A stretch of 17,878 nucleotides of DNA from Vitrella brassicaformis CCMP3155 (Eukaryota > Protista > Chromerida), in NCBI GenBank assembly GCA_001179505.1, contig CDMY01000813.1, positions 1 to 17,878 on the forward strand, written 5' to 3'. Positions within the stretch are counted from its first letter, which is position 1; the number at the start of each line of letters is the position of its first letter. This document shows positions 1-8,173 of this stretch, piece by piece. A program made the translations under genes and the position numbers. Under the pieces are notes generated by a model. The model saw only the letters and a list, made by a program, of their open reading frames with translations. It searched no databases and had not been told where the DNA came from.

Positions 1-1
1 G

Positions 2-871
2 CCCCAAGGTCAATGAATCAGCAAAACCATGATGGATGAGAACCTCGGTGCCGGTCTCTTTGAGGGCCTGGGCAAAGTCCTCTCCAAGATGGTTGTTCCC
101 AAGCAATTTGGGCCCGTAGGTCTTGTTTGTTCCCGGGTTGAGCGGATCTTCATGCTCGAATGTCCAGTTGCCGTATTCATCGATTACCGCTTGATCGGCC
201 GCATAGCCCAGTGCTATAAGGGGGCGATGGACTGCTTCTCTCGTTGTTTCTTCACCGGCGTCGGGGTAGAGGGGTACGTCCATAAGAAGCGTGAGCGTCA
301 TGTTCTCTCTCCGGATGGCGTCTATGACCAGATCAGCGTACGGACGATAGAACAGATGGTGTGAGCTTATCACTGCACACTTGGTGTAGCCGCGTGTCTT
401 GAAGGGCGAGAGGATGCCCTGACCGACTTCAGGAGATAAGGGATATTTGTCAAACACGAATGAATCCGCTGAGACGGCGTCGAGCGACCAACCCACGGCA
501 TGCAGGAGGTTCTTGTGCTGCGCAAGAGGGAGTATAGCATCGTATTGGAGTCCATAGCTTATCAGCGCGACGTAGGTGTCGTTGGTCAGGGCATCCATCT
601 GCTCCGCGGTCCAGCCAGAGAGATCATATTGAATGATGTCTCGTTCGAGGCGAATCGTCGTGTTCCCCGCCGTGAGCCGTTTGCCATTCCAGTGGCCGCT
701 GTTGAGGCGCTCAGAAAAGTAGTCGAAGGGTGGGATGATGTTCTGCTGGGGCCATGGAGCCCAGAATGCGTAGACGAGAACCGCATACTTGACTGTCACC
801 TCCGCTGGCTGGCCGCGAATTGCAGGCGGCTGCGCGACGAGAAACAAAGAGAGCAGCAGCAGTGGGAGCAT
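2..871 (-). CDS. Secreted or membrane receptor-like protein with a putative type I periplasmic-binding-protein (Venus flytrap / Peripla_BP_6 / ANF-receptor-like) ectodomain; 3'-partial, runs off the window edge
   Basis: Manual translation from ATG at 871 gives 290 stop-free codons to base 2: MLPLLLLSLFLVAQPPAIRG-QPAEVTVKYAVLVYAFWAPW...FDYFSERLNSGHWNGKRL...RGYTKCAVISSHHLFYRPYADLVIDAIRRENMTL...EDFAQALKETGTEVLIHHGFADSLTLG. It has a hydrophobic signal peptide and five N-x-T sequons (NTT, NDT, NMT, NWT, NKT). It is absent from the ORF track because no stop lies in the window. The fold call comes from pattern recognition of alternating alpha/beta segments only. Confidence 0.75.
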   Translation of the reverse strand, partial: MLPLLLLSLFLVAQPPAIRGQPAEVTVKYAVLVYAFWAPWPQQNIIPPFDYFSERLNSGHWNGKRLTAGNTTIRLERDIIQYDLSGWTAEQMDALTNDTYVALISYGLQYDAILPLAQHKNLLHAVGWSLDAVSADSFVFDKYPLSPEVGQGILSPFKTRGYTKCAVISSHHLFYRPYADLVIDAIRRENMTLTLLMDVPLYPDAGEETTREAVHRPLIALGYAADQAVIDEYGNWTFEHEDPLNPGTNKTYGPKLLGNNHLGEDFAQALKETGTEVLIHHGFADSLTLG

Positions 872-1104
872 GGCTGAAGGGCGAGCGGACGCAAGAGCAT
901 GCGTGCCACAGTGGGGGGGGTTGGGGGCTTCGGGGGGCCCCGAGCCTCCCACTGCGAGTCAGCGCTGCCAGTGCCTGAGTCGATTCGTTAGAGATGCATC
1001 CATAATCCCTCCTGGGGGGGGTATCCATTATTCCAGCCAGCAATGCACATCTTCAACCACCAGCTCAATGCACCCATCCAACCACGAGAACGCAGCACAC
1101 ACGC

Positions 1105-2869
1105 CTAGCTCTTCTTTTCCTTGCGCTCTTCTCCCTGCTGTTGACCTGCCCCCTCCCCCTGCTGCTGCTGCCGTTGGTGCTCTTGCTCGGCCTGTGGTGG
1201 CTCCTTCGTGGCTATCGTCACGTAACCCGTGTGACCTGTCCACCCACACCCACTTGGCCCGTGCGTGTGTGCGTTGGTGTGTGGGTATGTATGGCTGGAT
1301 GGATGGCGCACCTCTGGTAGGCATTGGAAAGGAGAGGGCCCCGCTTGGTGCTGCTGGCGTTGACGGTGATGCTGACGGTGTGAGACTGCGGTGCGTCTGC
1401 TGGTGGCCAGTGTGGTGGATGCCCCACTGGTGATTCACACACTCGAATGTCCGCACACCTGACACACACACGCACAGAATACCCGCATGAACACATGGAT
1501 GGATGGGCATCTGGGTGCGTGCTGGCTTGCCTGTGTAGTTGGTGTTGGTGAGCAGGTCGGTCACCCGCTGCACCTGCTCGATGCACGGCGCAAACACACA
1601 CACGCGGCCGTTCACCTGCAGACACACATACAGAGGTACAGGGGTATTCCCTTTCTGTGTCTGTGCGCGTGTGTGAGACCTTGAGTGTCTTGTCGGCGTG
1701 TGGGAGTGCCAGCCATGGCGCCGGCATGTCGAGGAACACCCCGTCTGCCGCGCCAGTGAGGCTATCGGGGAAGCCGTCCGCACATACGTCACGATGACCC
1801 GCCACTATCGGCACACTCAACGACTCATCAGCACCACCGTCGGCACCACCAGACGAAGATGCTGCTGCCGCTAACTCTCCATCGGCCACTGGCGGTGGTT
1901 GTGGTGTGTCGCGACCAAACCAGAGACGGAAATTCTCCCTATTGGACACGCAATGAGGAGGTGACTCGTCCAGTCTGCTGTCCTCTGTGTGGGACCGAGT
2001 GTTCGGCTCGGTTCGCTGACTCACTGGTTCTGTGTGAATCGCTGTTGGTTGAACTCAAATGTGAACAGGCGACCGCCGGGCGACACAGCACGACCCAGAC
2101 TGCTGCTCAGCGAGCCGCTCCCTGTGCCTACACATGACAACCACTCAGACAACACCTCATGATCAGATGCGTGCTGTTGAGCTTTGTGCCGCACCCCACC
2201 CCCTCCCAGCCACCTGCTTCGATGATGGTTCGTCCCGGCCTGGCGTCCAGCAGCATCAGAATCAAACTGATGTCCGCATGACGCTGATGTAAACACACAC
2301 ACAGAGAGGTGAGTGCAGGCCTTTCATTCATTCATCGGTCTGTGTGGCTATATTGCTGACCACGATCTGTGTCCTCAGCTGCACCGAGAGGGTGATGAGC
2401 TCCGGCGACGGTGCCAACGCCGCCACCCACCCGGCACGACCCGAACGACCCACGGCAGCCTCCCTCTCTGATGGCCCGGCCTCATCGCCACCCTCAACAT
2501 TGCCGCCACTCTCAGCCTCGCCTGTCTGGGGCCCATCCGAGCGCTCCAGCCGCCGAGCCTTGGCCGGCCGTGGCAGAACCGACCCCTCGGAGTAGATCTG
2601 ATGAATACACACACACACACACACAGACACACACATGGACACAGGAGAGGCGCGACTGAGGTGCGGTGCACCCTTGCTTTGCTTGCCTTCGTGCCGTATG
2701 GTCGTCCGATGATGTCGTCGTGCCTGAATCGGCCGTACTTGTTCTGCACCACGGCGCCCCTCGCCAGCCTCACCCCTGTGATGCTCTCGCTCGTGCCATA
2801 GAGCAACACGTAAGACCCCTCGCGCATCACATCGCCCGCCGGATCACCGTCTGTTGCATCGGCCGACAT
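1105..2869 (-). CDS. TRM61: tRNA (adenine(58)-N1)-methyltransferase catalytic subunit (TRM61/GCD14/TRMT61A), ~404 aa, 8 exons
   Basis: Exons 2869-2687, 2597-2361, 2283-2214, 2127-2025, 1938-1680, 1615-1531, 1458-1312, 1235-1105 total 1215 nt, in frame. Motifs: QNKYGRFRHDDIIGRPYG, PSPELITLSVQLRTQIV, SAM-binding IIEAGTGSGSLS, FTFEFNQQR, GVFLDMPAPW, FAPCIEQVQR, RGHTGYVTIATK. Introns 1 and 6 are modelled with GC donors. Confidence 0.93.
2606..2636. repeat. (CA)n microsatellite, (UG)n on the TRM61 sense strand, near the 3' end of intron 1
   Basis: acacacacacacacacacagacacacaca read directly from the sequence. Confidence 0.9.
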
Positions 2870-3388
2870 CACGCACACGCGGGCCCTGCAGCACAACACA
2901 AGAAACAACCATGTGCAACCGTGCGAATGACAGAGTGTTAGCATCGGACCTTGGAGCACAGATATAAATGGGAGATCTTCTGCTTTTGTTGGTTGAGTTG
3001 AGTGAGTATGGCCTCACAGACGACGACGACTTCTTCTTCCTCTTTCCCACAAAGGTTTTCGGAATTCGTCTGCGAGCTTGGCTGTGAGCTCCCCTCTTTT
3101 TCGGTGTTTTTTCGTGCGCCACTTCTCCTTAGACACCTCTGCGGCTGGTGCGGCAAGCATTCGGCCAATGACATCGGAAAACGAATGTGTGAGATCCGCA
3201 AACGACGCCGATTCGATCCCTGCTCGACCGGAAGTGATCTCCTGCCTTTCAACGTTGTTTTGAGCTTCTGAACCATTCACAGAGCTTCATTGGGTGCCTT
3301 GCACCGTTCTGGCAAGAAACTATGCCGCAGAATGACGTCCCTGTGGCTGCGTGGCGTTGAGTAAGCTGTGCGGACGGTTTGGGAGACG
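2870..3388. promoter_or_regulatory. Probable bidirectional promoter and 5' UTRs shared by TRM61 and the NSUN-family gene
   Basis: About 520 nt separate the divergent start codons (2869 minus, 3389 plus). A possible TRM61 5'-UTR intron runs from the AAG|GTCCGA donor near 2950 to the CTGCAG acceptor near 2885. No specific promoter motif was identified. Confidence 0.5.
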
Positions 3389-5589
3389 ATGCGAGGCGAC
3401 GAGAAGTTCCCCTCTCACCAGCTGCCCCAGAAGCGCACCCATCCAGCCTCAGAGGGGGAGGGCAACTCCCACGGCGGCAGTGCCTCAGGGGGTGCCTATC
3501 CGCTGCCCGCCCCCTACAGGACGTTTCTGCTTGACAACGGCGTGGATCCTGACGTCTATCTGGCGCCTGAGCCTCCCAGGTAAATGGCAGCAATGCACCC
3601 TTGGCAAATGTCGTGTTTGACATGCTGCATTATGTTTGTGGGCGCTGGTTGGCTGTGTCGTCTGTCTGCAGGTACATTCGAACGAATCCCCGACGTTTCG
3701 ATTCGGCAGATCCGTCGGCCCGCACAAAGCTCGAGCAGGAACTGGGTGGGTGAGCCGTTGAGTCACATAGATGGTGGATTCTCCTCTGTCCGGCTGCAGT
3801 CTCCACTACTTGGTTGCTTGCCTGTCAGGTCATTCACTCGAGCCGGTGCGGTGGCTGGATCCGCCAACGTCCCCCTCTCTCTCTCCCGGTGCCGCGTCGG
3901 GCTCGTCTGTGTGGTCGTGTCTTTACAGTCTGCCCAACAGTGTCAAGATAGCGGGAAGCCAGGCGTACAAGAGCGGTCAGATCTACGGCATCGATGCGGC
4001 ATCGGCCGCTGCCGTCAGGGCACTCGAATGCAGACCTGGTCAGGCCTCAGAGAGAGCTCGACCACGTCAGGCAGAGAGAGCTCGACCATGCAAGGAGAGT
4101 GCAGGGGTTGCTGTGTTGTGTGTGGTGCGCAGGTGACCGTGTGCTTGACATATGTTGCGCGCCGGGGGCCAAATTGTGTGAGGAAGGCAGCGACCAAAAG
4201 GACGCCCAGCTCATCTGTGGACATACATCTTGTGTCGTTTCTGTCGCTCCGCTTCCCTTCCCTCAGGCATGATATGCGATGAGATGAACCTCGAGGGTCT
4301 CGTCGTCGGCATCGTGGGCACATCAATGCAGGACTATCACCACACCATGGGTGTCTGTCTGTCTGTGTGTGTGTGTAGGATTTGTCCAAGCATCGGTTGG
4401 CGGCCTGCAAGACGCTGGTCAAAAAGTACGGCATCACCAATGCCGACCTCGTCGAGGCCGACGCTACCACATGGACACCACACGACGACACAGCACAGCC
4501 ACCGACACAGCAGCAGGTGGACACACCACCAGCGGCGTTGGCTGAGCCGCCGGAATCGCTAAAGTTCGACAGGGTCATTGTGGACGTAAGCTGGGCTGAG
4601 TGGCCAAGATCCCATCTGTTGACGCCTACCAACACGCGTTGTGTGGGGTGCGTCTACACAGGCTGAGTGCACCCATGACGGGTCGTTCAAGCACCTCAGC
4701 AAGTTCCAGCACCAATGGGGGTGGGAGGTGGGTGCGTCAGGCAGCTTGCCAACACACGATGGATGGATGGACGGATGGATGGACGGATGGATGGACGCCC
4801 ACACAATAAGTATCATTCATTCTCTTTTTTCCTTGCCACTCACTGGTGGATCGATGTGCTACAGACGTTCGCCAAGCGTGTGCTGGACCCCGTCCGCATC
4901 TCCACCCTGACGTCGCTGCAACAGAGGCTGCTGCTCAATGGCTTCCGACTGCTTAAGCAAGGTGGGGTACTGGTTTACTCGACATGCAGCTTCTGCGTGA
5001 GCCAGAACGAGGCCATCGTCGAGTCGCTGCTCAAAAGGTACCCCGATGCCGCCAGGCTCGACCCCCTCCCATTCGGCCTGGTACGCCTGGCCGGCCACAC
5101 CCACACTTCCCCTACCCATGGCACCCACACTTCCCCTACCCATGGTATGTGTGAATGTGGATTTGTTGGCTTCAGGAGGGCCCTCCCTGCCGGACCTCAT
5201 CAGCAGATAAACAACCAACAGACGACCCGGCAGAAATGGCACCATCGCCAGCGCCCCGTTGTACCCCCTCTAGACTGACCGTGCCGGCCCGGCCCAGCCT
5301 GCTGGAGGCTGACGGGCCGGCGGGGTCAGATGGGAGGCACTGCACCGCCCGATTCGACCCCAAGCTGAGCCACACGGGGGGACTCTTCATTGCCAGGCTG
5401 ACCAAAACTAAGGCTATAGAGCCGCTGGTGGTGCTGCCGACACACGAGGGGACCAGTGAGTGTGTCAAGGATGAGATGGTTATCAAGCAGGAGCCGCAAG
5501 ACAGCGGACCAGCACCCCCCCCTGAGGCAGCAACCCCTGTGGATGTGCACTTGCCGATCAAGAGGGAGGGTGAACAGGCTGACGGGTGA
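3389..5589 (+). CDS. NOL1/NOP2/Sun (RsmB/NSUN family) RNA cytosine-C5 methyltransferase, ~489 aa, 9 exons
   Basis: Exons 3389-3579, 3672-3745, 3829-4038, 4133-4177, 4267-4313, 4379-4585, 4662-4727, 4865-5080, 5176-5589 total 1470 nt, in frame, all GT-AG. Motifs: IYGIDAASAAAV, motif I VLDICCAPGAK, FDRVIVDAECTHDG (motif IV Cys), GGVLVYSTCS...QNE (motif VI catalytic Cys), C-terminal GGLFIARLTK. The start codon and last exon end are less certain. Confidence 0.9.
4039..4088. repeat. Direct duplication containing CAGAGAGAGCTCGACCA (4048-4064 and 4072-4088) in NSUN intron 3
   Basis: Two identical 17-nt copies 24 nt apart, each preceded by GTCAGGC. Confidence 0.85.
4758..4796. repeat. (GGAT/GGAC)n tetranucleotide repeat in NSUN intron 7
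   Basis: gatggatggatggacggatggatggacggatggatggac read directly. Confidence 0.9.
5098..5145. repeat. Perfect 2 x 24-bp tandem repeat CACCCACACTTCCCCTACCCATGG in NSUN intron 8
   Basis: Copies at 5098-5121 and 5122-5145. Confidence 0.9.
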
Positions 5590-6303
5590 GTGAGTGGCTG
5601 GGAGGGGTCCGCGTGTCTGTGCACTGGGGGATATGTACGCTCTTTCTGTCGTTGTCGTTTTGCGCTGAACGAAAGCCATGCAAGTGTTTTGCTCTCGCCG
5701 GCGATGGATAGACTGCACACACACATTGATGCCCACGACATGAGAAAGTGAACGCCCATCCGTGCGTCATATAGAGCAACCAGCAGCCGTATCTATCTAC
5801 GATGTTCGTGCGTACACATGAAGGAGACACGTGTCTGTGTGTCCTACATGATCTGTGACTTGGTTCGGTCGCAAGAAAGGCAGACAAGGGCGGAAAACAG
5901 TTTGTCACCTGATCAACCGCAAAGGCCGTCTATCACCCAGACGCGCCTTCTCTGCACACACACAACGAGGCCCAAGGCCGCTTGGGGTCAGGCTGAGACG
6001 GCCCGGTGAGACTTTGCAGAGTGTCTGAAACGGCAGGCCGCTGCCGCTCTGTCGGTTTAGTGACGCCGCCCTTGTGGTGGTCAAGCACAGGGAGCCTGAG
6101 GCCCCAGAGGGCCCCCCTGATCCGTCGTGAGATCATCCCACGAGCAGCCGCGTGAAAGATCTTGCATCTGTCGACTGAGCACGATGGAATGGCATGATTT
6201 GAGCATCGGTTTGTTCGACTTCCAATTGCAGTCAGTTTCACTTGCGAGCTAAGCTCAATTGGCTAAGCTCAGCTCAGTTGCAAAGTGCGCAAACGGTGCT
6301 CCA

Positions 6304-7722
6304 ATGTCTCGTGGCAGTGCCGCCGGCCATGACCGGCACCTGACAGTTTTCTCTCCCGAAGGACGCTTGTACCAAGTCGGTGAGTCAACGGCGCACACCA
6401 GGCCTTCACAGATAGTCAGCGAGGAGGGAGGACGGCGGCGCCCTCCGTGTGCTGCACGCGACGGCAGAGAGGACACATCTGTAGATCTGCCCTGTCTTGT
6501 CTTCATTTCTCCCTTTCGTGTGCGCGCGCGCGCGTGTGTGTGTGTTTGTCAGAGTATGCCTTCAAGGCGGTCAACGCGCCAGGCCTGACGGCCCTGGCGC
6601 TCAAGGGCAAGGACACGGCATGCATCGCCATACAAAAGAAAGTGCCGGTGGGCGTGAGAGGAAGACAGGAGGATGAGGACAGCACACAGGCACTGGCAGA
6701 TCTCTCTCTCATCATGTGGCGTGTGCACTTCAGGACAAGTTGCTGGATCCCGCGTACGTGACAAACCTGCACAGCCTCTCCAAGAACATCGGCTCCGTCA
6801 TGGTCGGGCCGGCAGGTAAGTCAGCACAGCAAGGTGCCGTCCACACATGAACACGACTGCATGTGTGTGTGTGTGTGTGTGTGTTGTCAGCTGACGGCCG
6901 TTCGTTAGTGATGCAGGCGCGTTATATGGCGGCAGAGTTTGAGTACGAGAAGGGCTACCCCATCCCCGTCCACCACCTCACTTACAAGGTCGCCAACTAC
7001 CACCAGTTCTACACACAAGTCGCCTGGCAGAGACCATATGCCGTCGGTACGCACACACGCACACACACACGGCGGCCGCTGAGTGCTATTTCTTGTGTGA
7101 TGATATGACAGTGACGATCCTGATAGCGTTCGACGACGAGGCGGGTCCGCAGGTCTACAAGACCGACCCGGCCGGCTTCTTCGCCGGCTTCAAGGTATAC
7201 ACACACACACTCCCTCACACACTCTCACGGACAAAGTGAGTCCGGTGCGATTGGTTTGCTTGTTTGGGATGGATGGATTGGCTCTGTTCATTCAGGCGAC
7301 AGCAGCGGGTGTCAAGGAGCGTGAGGCGATGAACTGGCTGTCGACGCGGCTGGAGAAGAACGAGGCCGACTCGATGGACAAGGACACCACCATACAGACC
7401 GCCATCGAGGGGCTGCAATCGGTACAGAAACAACCTGACACGCGCCGCGCCACACTCACTGAGGCGTCTGCCGTGTGTGTGTGTGTGTGGATTGGTGGGC
7501 TGTGGTTCAGGTGATGGGTGTGGACTTCAAGGCCAACGAGCTGGAGGTGGCCTTCGTGTCTAAAGACGACACCGCATTCAGGTACAACATACCCACAAAT
7601 GCGCCCCGCCCGCAAACCTTGATCCATCTCATCTGTGTGTGTGATGGCTGTGTTGTGCCTGCAGGAAGCTGACGGAGCCCGAGATCGATGCGCACCTGAC
7701 GGCCATAGCGGAAAAAGACTGA
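6304..7722 (+). CDS. PSMA6: 20S proteasome subunit alpha type-6 (alpha1), 248 aa, 8 exons
   Basis: Exons 6304-6379, 6553-6647, 6734-6815, 6891-7046, 7112-7194, 7296-7421, 7511-7581, 7665-7722 total 747 nt, all GT-AG. Translation: [32 protein letters not shown]...KKVPDKLLD...[28 protein letters not shown]...[10 protein letters not shown]...[19 protein letters not shown]. This carries the alpha-subunit N-terminal signature and an alpha1-type C-terminus. Confidence 0.96.
6517..6545. repeat. Alternating purine-pyrimidine tract with a (CG)n core in PSMA6 intron 1
   Basis: cgtgtgcgcgcgcgcgcgtgtgtgtgtgt read directly, ending 5 nt before the AG acceptor. Confidence 0.85.
6861..6884. repeat. (TG)n microsatellite at the 3' end of PSMA6 intron 3
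   Basis: atgtgtgtgtgtgtgtgtgtgtgt immediately upstream of TGTCAG (acceptor at 6890). Confidence 0.9.
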
Positions 7723-8173
7723 GAGTGTGATGAGTGTCGTGTCCGTTCGTCTCATGCCTCCCTCCCTCCCTGCCTGTAATGATATTCGATGCGACCTGCC
7801 GTGGCTGGGGTGGGGCGAACGACGGCATGGCGCCCCTGTGGCTGCTTGCCGGTCTTGTTTTTGGAAGCCGTCACTACCCTATACGACAGTTCGCTCTGGG
7901 TGCGTGCCGTTTGATGCTGTCGTGCGGATCAGCTCGAGGCAGCCAGCCTTGATGGACGTATGATAGCGTCGAGACACGCATCTATCTCATGCCAGCCAGC
8001 ATGCCTCGTCACCATCATCATAACATAAATAACATAATGGGGCTTATAATCGGCTGTGCAGAGAGTCAAGTAGCTATCCCAGGGTGGCGCGACAAACAAA
8101 TCAGAAGAAGAGCCCTTCACAAAGGATGACCTCACCACATACACACTTCCGTGTCTCGGCATCATCATAGTCA

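Noticed and set aside
29-877. Plus-strand ORFs 29-364 and 500-877
   Set aside because: These are antisense shadows of the longer minus-strand ORF (871->1), which has a signal peptide and a coherent protein-like sequence.
1028-2024. Long His/Thr- and Cys/Val-rich ORFs (HTHT, CVCV)
   Set aside because: These are translations of intronic (CA)n/(TG)n repeats in high-GC sequence, not real proteins.
3014-3280. 88-aa minus-strand ORF in the TRM61/NSUN divergent gap
   Set aside because: It starts at GTG, has no recognisable motif and overlaps several equally short ORFs; probably promoter or UTR sequence.
3584-4282. 232-aa plus-strand ORF overlapping the NSUN gene
   Set aside because: It is an off-frame read through introns and exons; the methyltransferase motifs lie in other frames joined by canonical splice sites.
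4039-5145. Short direct repeats as a possible CRISPR array or transposon target-site duplication
   Set aside because: Each has only two copies, no unique spacers, no cas or transposase genes and no terminal inverted repeats; both lie inside spliceosomal introns.
5590-6240. Possible ncRNA/snoRNA or extra gene between NSUN and PSMA6
   Set aside because: I found no properly spaced C/D or H/ACA boxes, no tRNA cloverleaf and no convincing ORF or exon chain by eye; an Infernal/Rfam search would be needed.
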